A stretch of 64,000 bases of DNA from assembly GCF_009914755.1 (NCBI RefSeq), contig NC_060929.1. One strand, 5' to 3'. The stretch is from the human T2T-CHM13v2.0 reference genome, Homo sapiens. The position numbers and the translations under genes were made by a program. The notes beneath the pieces were generated by a model. It was not told the DNA's origin. It searched no databases and worked only from the letters and a program-made list of their open reading frames with translations. The stretch's first letter is position 1. The number at the start of each line of letters is the position of its first letter. Of this stretch, positions 1-15,326 are shown one piece after another.

Positions 1-29
1 CTTTAACATCGGTTGTAAAAAATAAAATA

Positions 30-2085
<2,056 letters not shown>

Positions 2086-2756
2086 ATATATTATTCACTA
2101 AACTCCATAGCCTGAAATGTTAGTTTCTCCCTGATGTCACTTGCCTTCTTTCTAGCCTCGTTTTGCATCTTAGAAATCTTGCACTGAGTTCTGTACAAGG
2201 TCACCTGTGTCACTGAGGGCCTTGTTTTTTAAAACTTATAGGTATTTTATCTTCCCAAGTTTCAAAAATCCAGTTTTGCTCCCACCGAGGATTTTTCTGA
2301 CAAGAGTGGTTTCCTTCTCATGTTTATGCCGGCTTTTCTTTCTGAATGCCTTACATGAACTGTAAAAATATAATTAGAAACATAGAAATATTAAAATATA
2401 TCAATGTCTTAGTCTGTTCAGGCTACCATAACAAAAAAAAATCATATCTGCCTGCCAATGAACAAATAAAAAAAATTAAGCTACTGGTAAAATTCATTTT
2501 TCAAATGACACTGTTAGATATAATATAAATGGTATAAAAGTGTTAGAGCAATAATTTTCTTCTTTGTGTTAGCAGATAATTCACTTTACTGTTAAATTAC
2601 TACCAATGGTAAATGTATGATTTAGATTTGGGCATATATGTAATACATATAAAGTGAGCATTTGATGATTTTTATTTGTTTCGTTTATCACTGAAAACCT
2701 AGACTACATGAGAACAGACTTGGTTAATTGGTTTTCTTTTTGAGCCATAATATAGG

Positions 2757-3086
2757 CCAGGAGTTGACAAACTATGGCCCACAGATCAAATCTGGCCCAC
2801 CACCTATTAGCCCTCCAGCTAAGAATAGACTTATATTTTTAAAGCGTTTTTAAAATAAAATAAAAAGCAATATTCCCTGATATATGAAAATTTTGTGAAA
2901 TTAATACTTCAGTATCCATAAATACAATGCTATTTTTTAAACACAGGCACCTTTGTTTGTTTATGTCTTGTCTATGGCTGCTTTCATGCTACAATGGCCA
3001 AGTAGTTTCAACTGAGGCCATAGGACCTACAAAGCCTAAAATATTAACTCTCTGGTTTTTTGCCAAAAACGTTTACCAGCCCCTGA
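2757..3086 (+). mobile_element. MER58-like hAT-Charlie DNA transposon remnant
   Basis: Termini caggagttgacaaactatggccc ... gtttaccagcccctg. Confidence 0.65.
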
Positions 3087-3806
3087 CATAGGATACAAAT
3101 GGGTGACTCATATGCTCCAATTGAATATGAAGGAAAGAAAAGAGGTAAATTGCAAATAAAATAGGTTATACATTAATGCCAATGTATGCACTACTTTATT
3201 CACAGAAAACAGTTGTGAAGAAAATATGACGCCTGACCATGAATGATTCAGGACTAGGTGAAATTGTAAAAATTATTAAGATAATTAAGTTGTGGTAATT
3301 ACTATAACTCCTTTCTTCATGTTATATGAAGAAATAATGAGTAAGTAAATAACTATGCTTTTTCATACTACAGTTACCGAGATTTTGAAAGGAAAGTTGC
3401 TCACATGACTTTTGGAAAGGAGAGATGAAATTAAAACACTTCATCATGATGCTGAAAATGCCAGGAAAGATTATATTTTTAGTTTCATGTTGTGTTACTC
3501 TAGTGAATAGCCAGAATCTAACACTTCAAGACCAAAATCTCACAAGTTTATATGTTGAAAATAAGATATAAATTTTCATCAGAAGACAAAATTGTGGCTC
3601 AAATTATTCCATTGCTGAGTGTTACTCTTTTTAAGCACCTAATATTTTTTCATTTTTCAGAGAATTAAATCAATGATATATTATTGTACAAACTTTAAGT
3701 ACCCAACCCCACAAATGCGTAATCAGAACATGAAGAAATTTTCCAGAACTACATGAAACCTACAAGTTTAACCTCACGTGTCAAAGCAATCAACCTTATA
3801 GGTTCC

Positions 3807-4114
3807 TTTTTGTTTTTAGTTGGGGTCTCGCTCTGTCACCCAGGCTGGAATGCAGTAGCACAATCATACCTTCTGCAGCCTCGAACTCCTGGACTCAAGC
3901 AATCCTCCTGCCTCAGTGTCCCGAGTAGCTGGGACTACAGACATGCACCACCGGGCCCACCTAATTTTAAAATTTTGTTTAGAGAGATTTTTGTAAAGAG
4001 TATTTCTGTCTTGCCATGTTGCCCAGGCTGTTCTCGAATTCTTGGGCTAAGGCAATCCTCTTGTCTTGGCCTCCCAAAGTGCTGGGATTATAGGCATGAG
4101 CCACTGTGCCCAAT
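3807..4114 (-). mobile_element. AluJ
   Basis: Diverged antisense Alu. Confidence 0.85.
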
Positions 4115-4991
4115 CCAACTGTATAGGTTGCTTTGGTGGCTGTTGTTATTTTAATGTGATAACTCATCCACACCGTGTCCAAGAAAGTAACTAAAGCCAT
4201 TTTCAGTGAGCAATCGCTCTTTAACTTCAGGTTCATTTTCAATACAAACATGGAAAACTGATTGTTATCAAATACTTGCTCCCATTCTCAGTAATGCACA
4301 AATGTAATGTTCTAGTTCAATTGAAATAATCATCAAGATAAAAACTGCCTGGATATGGAACCTCACTACTACCTTCATGAAAACTGCACATTGACTAGAA
4401 AAAAAGAAAAATTATTTCCAACCTAGAATTTTAAAGTCTTCCCAATTATCAATTAAGTGGGAGACTAGAAAAAAAAGACATTTTTAGAAATAGATTCTCA
4501 AAAACTTAATTCCTATTTATCCTTTCTTAGAATGCTACTGGAGAATACACTCCATAAAATAAGAGAAAAACCAAAGAGGAAAATAGGAGATCCAGGAACC
4601 AGGGAATCCAACACAGGAGGGAGACTAAGAGAACCCCCATTTACAGAATGAAGAAAAATCCCAAGGCTATGGTTACACGCCAGGGTAGAAGCCCACCAGT
4701 CCTGAAGGGGAAAGGTTAGAAAGTTTTGGAAGAAACTTCTTAAAGAGATGAAATTGATAGAGTATCTAATGTGTTTGAACATCATAATTGAAGATTTACA
4801 CAATTAAGGGAGAGTTTGGGACTAAATTAAGTACATTAAAAAAAACAAGTATATTGACAAACAAGACACTTAAAAATTCCAAGGAAGATAAATATTGTGC
4901 TAGCAAAAAAAAAGTAACCACAAAATACTGCCTGGTTCATCAACAAACTGTTTACATGGTCATGATAATGTAAACACTGAACATTGCTCTC

Positions 4992-5281
4992 TTTTTTTTT
5001 TTTGAGACAGTCTCACTCTGTCTCCAAAGCTAGACTGTAGTTGCATGATCTCAGCTTACTGAAACCTCCGCCTCCTAGGGTCAAGTTATCCTTCCACCTC
5101 AGTCTTCCTAGCAGCTGGGACTACAGGTGCGTGCAATCACATCCAGTTACATTTTGTATTTTTTGTAGAGATGGGGTCTCATCATGTTGCCCAGGCTGGT
5201 TTCCAACTCCTGGGTTCAAGTGATCCTCCTGCCTCAGCATCCTAAAGTCCTGGGATTAGGCATGAGCCACCATGCCTGCCA
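4992..5281 (-). mobile_element. AluJ
   Basis: Antisense Alu with gaacattg on both flanks. Confidence 0.85.
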
Positions 5282-5732
5282 GAACATTGTCCTTATTAAA
5301 GTTATATCTATACAGGAAAGATGTGGCAGGGGGATGCCGTGGGAGGGGAAGCTGGAGATAAAATTCAACTAAATCCTTTCGTAATAGAAAGTTAATAGTT
5401 AATGCCTAAAACAGTAATAGTGAGAAGTAGAAATACATACCTTTTATATAGATTTAAGTCAGTTACAACCACAAGAATCAATCAAGAGAGTTAAGAAGGG
5501 AAGTAGACAATGCTGGGGGTGAGCTGGGGGAGGCAAGGGACTGCTCTTTTTTACAAAAGTTTTGTGGAGGTATTTCTGTCCTTATATTATGTGTATGATT
5601 AATTCAATAAAAACAGAAAAGTATGTTTTAAATAGTTAATAGTTTTAAATAGTTACTTTTAATAGTAAAAGTATGTTTTAAAAGTACATTTTAAATAGTT
5701 TATATATAAATATTCATATATATATAAATATT

Positions 5733-5764
<32 letters not shown>

Positions 5765-5976
5765 ACTTATCTATCAATTAAAAAAACAACTTATTTAATT
5801 GAATACAAGGATGAGTCTAGGCAGGGCTGGGAGAGGGGCACCACCCACAGGAAGCACAAGTCCCTCCCCAACACCTCACCATATAATTTTTTAATGGATA
5901 GTGATGAGTATCAAACTGCTATGTTATTTAGATTCCTTCAGATATATGAAAAATGTACTATTTTATTTTAAAATGC

Positions 5977-6425
5977 CATATTAGTCAGGGTTCTCTAGAG
6001 GGACAGAACTAATAGGATAGATGTATATATAAAAGGAAGTTTATTAAGGAGTATTGACTCATATGATCACAAGGTACCACAATAGGCCATCTGCAAGCTG
6101 AAGAGCAAGGAAATCAGTCCAACTCCCGAAGCTGAAGAACTTGGAGTCCAATGTTCGAGAGAAGGAAGCATCCAGCACCACAGGAGAAAGATATAGGCTG
6201 GGAGGCTAAGCCAGTCTAGTCTTTCCATATACTTCTGCCTGCTTTATTCTGGCTGCTCCGACAGCTGATTAGATTGTGCCCACCCAGATTGAGGGTAGGT
6301 CTGCCTCTCCTAGTCCACTGACTCAAATATTAATCTCCTCTGGCACCACCCTTACAGACACAGCCAGGAACAACACTTTGCATCCTTCAAGCCAATCAAG
6401 TTAACACTCAATATTAACCATCACA
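5977..6425 (-). mobile_element. MLT2A (HERV-L) solo LTR
   Basis: Minus strand begins TGTGATGGTTAATATTGAGTGTTAACTTGATTGG and ends ...AGAACCCTGACTAATA. Confidence 0.85.
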
Positions 6426-7255
6426 AATTCCAATATTTAAAATGCACTAGAAATTATATCCTTTATTATAACATACAAAAATTATGTCTTATCTGGAAAA
6501 ATTTTAGATATCAACTTAAACTGTTAAATTGGATTCATAATTTTTGAAATTATTTTAGGAAGTCTGAGACCAAGCATTTCATACCAAACACCTGTTAAAA
6601 GTAAACCCATCTGCGGCTCAGTTTAATAGGTGGACTCATACTCCCCTCTGGTGGTTAAGATGGTCAAAAACACATGAGATACAAATTTGGACCTGTGGCA
6701 TTTTGGAAACACAGGAATTTCATTTCCTTTTGTTGCATTAAACAAATAGCAAGTTTTGCAAAATCTGGATATAGTAAAAGGATTTTGAAAACTAGGATTT
6801 GAGAACAAAATGGACCATAGAAAAACAACTTATCTGCTTTTAATAATTGTGATTTGGTGTGAACCAAGCAAGATTTTTGCTTTCCAGAGAGATCCAAACA
6901 ATACAATGTCTGCATCATATTCAGAGACACGATGAAGACATTCAATTAACTGAATGCACCTACAGGTTCATTGTGTTCTCTGTGTAACTGTAGAGGTTTG
7001 CCTTTGTATAAGTGTCCCCATAACATCTTTTCTCCTTACCCATCACTGTCCCCAGGGTCTCCATGGTCTGACACTGTCAGTAACAAGAATGCACGTTACG
7101 GAGAAAGCATGGCTCAGTGGTATGAGTAGGGGATGATGAAATTTGAGAAAGACTATATATCTGAATTTTATCCCCGCCTATCACTAGCTGTGATCTTGGA
7201 AGAATTAACTTCTTTAGGCCAATTTCCACAACAATAAAATGGTTAAAATTCTAGC

Positions 7256-10200
7256 ATGTGTGTTGCCTCTGCCACTGTGGTGTGCCCTCATGGACGCAGG
7301 CATCCCAGCACCCACTAGCACCCTGCTACAGCTGATGGAGCATACACCCCACAGCGCTGCTTCTGGCACATGCAAATGAGAATGAATCATGCTGCCACTG
7401 CACTATGAAATGCTTAGGCTGAGACCACCCATCAGAGTGCAGTGACCAGCAGTCTGGGAGCACCGTGGGCCCCCTCCCCCAGCACAGTGGATTTCTAACC
7501 TTGAGGAGCCAGAGAACAACATTGAGCCTCAATACAAGTCCCCCTCAGTTAAAGCATGCAGTCTAGGAGTTGAGAGCTGAGCATTACTCTCCTAAAATCT
7601 TCCAGAAATGAAGCCAATCAGCTGAATCCACCTTATATCACAATCAAACCCTCAAGATCATCGAATAGGATAAAAGGAAAAAAAAATCCAAAGGTTAGCA
7701 ACTTAAAAGATTGAAGGAATATTCAACCACAAAGATGAGAAAGAACCATCGCAGGAATTCTGACAACTCAAAAGGCCAGAGTGCCTTCTTTCCTGTAAAT
7801 GATCATACCACCTCTCCAGGAGGAGTTCTGAACCAGGCTGAGATGGCTAAAATGACAGAAATAGAATTCAGAATATGGATAAAAACAAAGATCATTGAGC
7901 TGCAGGAGTACATTGAAACCCAATCCAAGAAAGCTAAGAATCACAGTAAAACAATACAGGAGCTGACAAACAAAATAGCCAGTATATAAAAGAATATTAC
8001 TAACCTGATAGAGTTAAAAAACACACTACAAGAATTTTATAATGCAATCACAAGTATTAATAGTAGAATAGACCAAGGAAGAATCTCAGAGCTTGAAGAC
8101 TATCTTTCTGAAATAAGACAGGCAGACAAGAATAGAGAAAAAAGAATGAAAAGAAAATAACAAAACCTTTGAGAAATATGGGACTGTGTTAAGAGAACAA
8201 ATCTATGAATGACAGGTATACCTGAAAGAGATGGGGAGAATGGAACCAATTTGAAAAACATACATCAGGACACTATCCATGAAAACTTTCCCAGCCCAGC
8301 CAGAAAGGCCAACATTCAAATTCAGGAAATGCAGAAAACTCCAGTAAGATAATTCACAAGAAGGTCGTCCCCAAGATACATAACCATCAGATTTTCCAAG
8401 GTTGAAATGAAAGAAAAAATGTTAAAGGCAGCTAGGAAGAAAGGTTAGGTCACCTACAAAGGGAACCCCATCATACTAACAGAGGACCTCTCAGTAGAAA
8501 CTCTATAAGCCAGAAGAGATTGGAAGCCAATATTCAGCATTCTTAAAGAAAAGAAATTTCAACCCAAAATTTCATATTCAGCCAAAGTAAGTTTCATAAG
8601 CAGAGGAGAAATAAGATTGCTTTCAGACAAGCAAATGCTGAGGGAATTTGTTACCACCAGACCTGCCTTACAAGAGCTCCTGAAGGAAACACTAAATATG
8701 GAAAGAAAAGATCATTATCAGCTACTACAAAAACACACATAGTGTGTTATAGGCCACTGACACTATAAAACAACCACATAAACAAGTCTACAAAATAACC
8801 AGCTAACATCATGATGATGGGATCAAATCCACACATATCAATACTAAACCTGAATGTAAATGAGCTAAATGCCCCAATGAAAAGGCACAGAGTGCAATCT
8901 GGATTAAAAAAAAAAACAAAAACCATTGGTATGCTGTCTTCAAGGACTCATCTCGCATGCAATGACACCTATAGGCTCAAAATAAAGCAATGGAGAAAAA
9001 TCTACCAAAAAAATGAAAAACAGAAGCAAGTAGGAGTTGCAATCCTAATTGCTGACAAAACAGACTTTAAACCAACAAAGATCAAAAAAGACAAAGAAGG
9101 GCATTACATAATGGTAAGTGATGAATTCAACAAGAAGACCTGTCTATCCTAAATATATATACACCCAACATAGGAACACCCAGATTCATAAAGCAAGTTT
9201 TTAGAGATCTCCAAAGAGATTTAGACTCTCAAACGATAACAGTGGGAGACTTTAACATCCTACTGACAATGTTAGTCAGATCATTGAGGCAGAAAATTAG
9301 CAAAGATATTCAGGACCTGAACTCAGCACTGGATCAAATGGACCTGATAGATACCTACAGAGCTCTCCACCCAAAAGCAACAAAATATACATTCGTCTCA
9401 CCACCACATGGAACATACTCTAAAACTGATTATATAATCAAATACAAAACTTTGCTCAGCAAATGCAAAAGAATTGATATTACAACAACCACTCTCTCAG
9501 ACCACAGCACAATCAAATTAGACGTCAAGACTAAGAAATTCACTCAAAACCATATAACTACATGGAAATTAAATAACCTGCTCCTAAATGACTTTTGGGT
9601 AAATAATGAAACTAAGGCAGAACTCAAGAAGTGATTTGAAATGAATGAAAACAAAGACACAATGTACCAGAATCCCTGGGACACAGCTAAGGCAGTGTTA
9701 AGATGGAAATGTATAGCACTAAGTGCCCACATCAAAAATTAGGAAGATCTCAATTTAACAACCTAACATCCCAACTAAAAGAAATAGAGAACCAAGAGCA
9801 AACAAATCCCAATGCTAACAGAATATAAGAAATAACAAAATCAGAGCTGAACTAAAGGAAATAGAGACACCAAAAACCATTCAACAGACCAACAAATCCA
9901 GGAGCTGGTCTTCTGAAAAAAATAATAAAATATACCACTAGCTAGACTAATAAAGAAGAAATGAGAGAAAATTCAAATAAACACAATCAGAATGATAAAG
10001 GGATATTACCACTGGACCCCACAGAAATACAAATAACCATCAGAGAATATTATGAACACCTCTATGCACATAAACTAGAAAATCTGGAAGAAATTGATAA
10101 ATTCCTGGACATATACACCCTCCCAAGACTGAATCAGGAAGAACTTGAATCCCTGAACAGAAAACCAAATACTGCATGTTCTAATTTGTAAGTGGAGGCT

Positions 10201-10450
10201 AAATGATGAGGACACATGGACATATAGAGGAGAACAACAGAAACTGGGGCCTAGCAGAGGGTGGAGGGTGGGAGGAGGGAGAGGATCAGGAAAAATAACT
10301 AATGGGTACTAAGCTTAATACCTGGGTGATGAAATAATCTGTACAACAAACCCCCATGACACAAGTTTACCTATGTAAGAAACCTGCACATGTACCCCTG
10401 AACTTAAAATAAATGTTTTTTAAAAATAAAATAAACTAATAAGTAATTTA
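7256..10450 (+). mobile_element. Older L1PA (about PA13-16): partial 5'UTR, ORF1, ORF2 endonuclease region, internal deletion, 3'UTR end
   Basis: Decayed ORF1 (7711+); ORF2 start GSNPHISILNLNVN (8811+); GDFN motif; 3'UTR and tail; TSD AAAATTCTAGC at 7245-7255 and 10451-10461. Confidence 0.9.
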
Positions 10451-10464
10451 AAAATTCTAGCCTT

Positions 10465-10775
<311 letters not shown>

Positions 10776-11392
10776 TTAAAAAAGCACATAAGTAAGATGC
10801 TCAATAATAGCAACCAATTGTCGTTATTGCTACTTTATATGTTTGAAAGATAAGTAGCTCTGTCCATTTAGAGGATACAGAATATAATCTTAAGGAGTCT
10901 CTTTTAGTAGCTTAGTCATTTCTACTTATTTGGTCACGATAGTGCCATCTTCCTAAGGGTTTTCTTTCCCATTTTCTGACATAAATATTTCCATTGAACT
11001 TCCTCCCTTCTCCTTTTCTCAGGTAATGAGCTGGGTTGGTATTGGGAAAAAATATCCAGCCCCTAAAACAACCAGACTTTGAGCAATCATACCCATATGA
11101 TTGCTCCTCCCTGACTGCTCTGACACTTGACCCCTGTAACTTTTATCAAAGGCTTCATCCTTGCAATTATCTGCTCTTCTGTGTGTTCCTTAAATAACTA
11201 AAATCAGAACTATCTACTGTCATTTTTCCCTCTCTACTGGATCATTTTCATCCCCCGAAAATATCCTCAAGTATCTGCTTCTCTTGAAAACAATCCCCAC
11301 CCCCACCTCATTCCTCGAAATCCTTCTTAACTTCACATGATCTTGAAGCTAATGACCTATTTCTCTGTTTCTCCTCACCATTAAACTTCTTG

Positions 11393-12640
11393 GGGCGGGG
11401 TCCAGTGGCTCACACCTGTAATCTCAATACTTTGGAAGGCTGAGGTGGGAAGACCGCTTGAGGCCAGGGGTTCCAGATCAGCCTGGGCAACATAGTAAGA
11501 CTCCTGTCTCTATTGAAAATAAATGTGTTTTTAAATTTATTGAAAATGTTGTCTAAATTAAATTTCTTGGAAGAGTTGCCTATAGTATCACTTTCTATTT
11601 CCTCACCTCACATGCTTCCCTCAGTAGTATTCATTTGGAATAATTTTCTTCCACTCAGCTGAGACTTCTCTTGTCAAGATCAGAAATTAATTCTGTGATA
11701 CTACATTCATTGAAACCTTCCCTGCTCTTATTTTAACTAACTCCTTAGCAGCTTTTGACAGTTGACCACTTAAATTTTTTTTAAATGTGGTATGTGAAAA
11801 TGATATACTGGTGATACCTTGATGACTTGGTAGTAAATAATACAAATTCACTCAAAATAAATTAAATAGAAAAGGATTCACTGGAAAAATGAAAAATGAT
11901 TAGGGGCCGGACATGGTAGTTCAGGCCTGTAATCCTGAGACTGAGATGCAAGGATCACTTTAGGCCAAAAGGTCAAGACCAGCCTGGGCAAGACAGTGAG
12001 ACCTCCATCTCCACACACACAAAAAGTTTTTAATTAAAAGATTAGCAGCCGGGCATGGTGGCTCACGCCTGTAATCCCAGCACTTTGGGAGGCCGAGGCG
12101 GGCGGATCAAGAGGTCAGGAGATCCAGACCATCCTGGCTAACACGGTGAAACCCCGTCTCTGCTAAAACTACAAAAGAAAATTAGCTGGGCATAGTGGCG
12201 GGCGCCTGTACTACCAGCTACTCAGGAGGCTGAGGCAGGAGAATGGCGTGAACCCAGGAGGCGGAGCTTGTAGTGAGCAGAGATTGCGCCACTGCACTCC
12301 AGCCTGGGTGACAGAGCAAGACTCCGTCTCAAAAAGAAAAGACTAGCATATTTTAAATTAATACTATTTATTATAATATAGTGCATTATAAATACAAATA
12401 AATACAAATTAATATTGGTAACATAGTTAAAATTTAAACCACTTCCTTAAATAATTTGACTATTCATATTGACATTTTATAGCTTCAGTGGCTAGAACTA
12501 AAATAGAAAAGGGACTGGTTGAGGTGGCTCATGCTTGTTATCTCTGCACTTCGGGAGGCTAAGGTCAGAGGATCACTTGAGCCCAGGAGTTTGAGACCAG
12601 CCTGGGAAACATAGCAGGACACTATCTCTACAAAAATAAA
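11393..12640 (+). mobile_element. Alu cluster: monomers at ~11393-11520, ~11905-12030 and ~12513-12640, AluY at ~12048-12336
   Basis: Alu consensus matches; AluY flanked by aaagattagca / aaagactagca. Confidence 0.8.
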
Positions 12641-12668
12641 AGTTAAAAAATATAAAGTTTTAAAAATA

Positions 12669-13300
12669 GGCAAGGGCTAAAGGCTGCAACAAAGAAACAA
12701 AATTATAAAAAGATTAGTGAAAACAAGATGTTCACTACTGTTGCAGTTTTATGTAAGGGGTTTCCTGCAGAATTTATCACATACTTCAACTCAGATAGCA
12801 ACTATAGCTCCCATCTGAAGCAGCTATTCCGCATTCTTTTCAGGACCGTGAACCATCAATATGACTACACATTTGATTGGACAATGTAAAAGCAGAAAGT
12901 AGCACAGCAAGCAGCCTCTTCCAGTGGGCAGGGTCAGCAGGCCCAAACTCCCACAGGCAAGCAAACTGATAAAAGCAAGAGTAACATGAAAGGTTTCTAA
13001 GCATGAATTGAGGAACAGAAGAAGCAGAGCAGACGATCAGAGCAGCATTGGTTTCTCTCCAAATCTAGAATTTTTAGTTCATATGTACACTAGCCAGTGG
13101 TTATGGACAGTGTTGATGTAAAGAACTTAATTTCAGTATAAACGGACTCTGAGCAGCATTGGTGATGTTGTATCCTGAGTTGTAGCCACTGTAACTGTGA
13201 CTATTAACTGAGAGAGTGAAACATGGTGTCTGGTTTTCTACTGCATTTTTTCAAGTGGAAAAGTTAACTAAATGGTTGACACACACAAATTGGGGGAATT
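12669..13300 (+). pseudogene. CSNK1A1P3: 5'-truncated processed pseudogene of casein kinase 1 alpha (CSNK1A1)
   Basis: Translates to [35 protein letters not shown]...[25 protein letters not shown]...[17 protein letters not shown]. Intronless, premature TAA at 12887-12889, then 3'UTR-like sequence and an A-rich end. The P3 symbol is from recollection of the locus next to CHD1. Confidence 0.88.
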
Positions 13301-13956
13301 TAAAAAATTAAAAAGTAGAAAAGGCACTCTGGAATCCTCTGCATTCTGGAAGTGAGAGAAGAGGTGACACTTTCAAAAAGACAGACTATATAGAAGAAAA
13401 CTTCACTGGAATGGAGCAAAGAGGTGAAAGACCCAAGGCAAAGACTAGGAGGGAGTCTGACCTCACTTTCTGACAGCAGCTAGCCACTAGTAAACTCTGA
13501 CTCTTGCCGTTTTCTTTCTGGACCAGTATAGGGCAATCTTGAATATCACAGTAGTATAAAATATTTATTCACCCTAATACTAAATTACTAAAGTATAGGT
13601 GAAATGCAGTGTCTTATTTTTGTTTGTATGTGTGTGTCTTGTTTTCACAATTTGCAGTCAGAGCAAAACCATAATTAACTGGAATTCTACTGATCAGAAA
13701 ATAGGTTATACAGAAACTGAGGTGAGGGAAAATGCTTTGAAGAAGGAAAATGGATTGCTAAAAAATTAAGCAGAGTTTGAGGTACAGAAGACAACCAGTT
13801 GAAAATGTCCAATGGGCCTCTGAAAACAGCACTCTAGAGTTTGGGAGAGGTCACCATTGGCAATGATATAGAAAGCATCTACTGAAACATTATAATTAAA
13901 GCCACGAAAGTAGATGGCATTGCCAAGGAAGAATGTGTAAAAAGAACAAAAGAGAG

Positions 13957-14320
13957 TGTATTAGTCCTTTTTCATACTGCTATGAAGAAATACCTGAGAC
14001 TGAGTAATTTATAGAGAAAAAGAGGTTTAATGGACTCACAGTTCCACATAGCTGGGGAGGCTTCACTATCATGGTGGAAGGTGAAGGAGAAGGAAAGGCA
14101 TGTCTTACATGGCAGCAGGCAAGAGAGGGTATGCAGGGGATCTGCCCATTATAAAACCACCAAATCTCAAGAGATTTATTCACTATCATGAGAACAGCAT
14201 AGAAAAAACCCACCCCTATGATTCAATTACCTCCCACCAAGTCCCTCCCAGGACACATGGGGATTATGGAAGCTACAATTCAAGATGAGATTTAGGTAGG
14301 GACACAGGCAAACCATATCA
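13957..14320 (-). mobile_element. THE1 (MaLR) solo LTR
   Basis: tgtattagtc...aaaccatatca with 5-bp TSD GAGAG. Confidence 0.88.
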
Positions 14321-14669
14321 GAGAGCTTGGTACATTTTTAAGGATTTCAAACAGACAGAAAAAAAGAGGTCTGATTTAAGGGACGGAAATCATCCACTAC
14401 TATGTAGCAGCACTACTTGGCCTCTCAGGAGCATATTTCCCTTTCATTCATTTTTCTCTTTTATTCTTGCTGTCTCAATCCCAATTTATTCTATTTTGCC
14501 CACTTCACTCTGGGAAGGGTGAGCTACTCCCAGCTCCAGGGGTAAATCCTAATTTACCTAAGCTGATCATTGTGCTCCATTCATCTTGTCATAGATTGGC
14601 ATATATATCTCTATATATAATATATGTGTGTATATATTTGTATATGTTATATATAATTGCGTATATGTT

Positions 14670-14671
<2 letters not shown>

Positions 14672-14705
<34 letters not shown>
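14672..14705. repeat. (CA)n microsatellite
   Basis: Directly visible. Confidence 0.95.
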
Positions 14706-14708
<3 letters not shown>

Positions 14709-15278
14709 GTTCTGGCCCATGCATTGTGAGGGAAAACCTGCTGTAGAGACTTCTGGGAAAGAGTTTCGCTGCTGAGAAATGAAGTTCCCCTTCTTCTAGC
14801 CTTTGTTCCTCTTGGAACTGCAGCAGCCATCCTGTATTGAAGAAAACTATCTCAGGATGGCAGAGTAGAAAATGGAAAGGACCTGGGTCCTCAATCACAT
14901 CATTAAATTGTTGATGAGTTATCCTTGAGACAAAATAGTTCAGGACTATGGAAGATAACTTCTCCTCAGTGTTTAAATCAGTCTAGTAAGGATTTTCTGC
15001 AGCCCAAAGTACACATTAATATGTAAAATGCAGCCAGAGTTAAGAAGAGTCAGATCAACCTTATCAAATGTTCCTGATAGTTGAAGAAGAAGAAGAAGAG
15101 TCATTCTTGGTTTAGGTCCAAATACAAAGTGAAAAACTCAAAATCCTTAATTTTATTTTAATACATATGTGCTATATATAACACATATAGCTTAGAAGGA
15201 AATTTTAGTCATACTTCTTCAAATAAATGAAGAAATATATCAGAAAAGAACTATTAGGAGGCAGATGATTATGATGAC

Positions 15279-15326
<48 letters not shown>
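15279..15326. repeat. (TAGA)12 tetranucleotide STR within an old ERVL/MaLR-type LTR remnant (~15250-15870)
   Basis: Perfect repeat; LTR-like end ccaagttgacacattaaaa. Confidence 0.85.

Noticed and set aside
7711-10191. L1 ORF1/ORF2 fragments as functional CDS
   Set aside because: Many stops and frameshifts, and the RT domain is deleted
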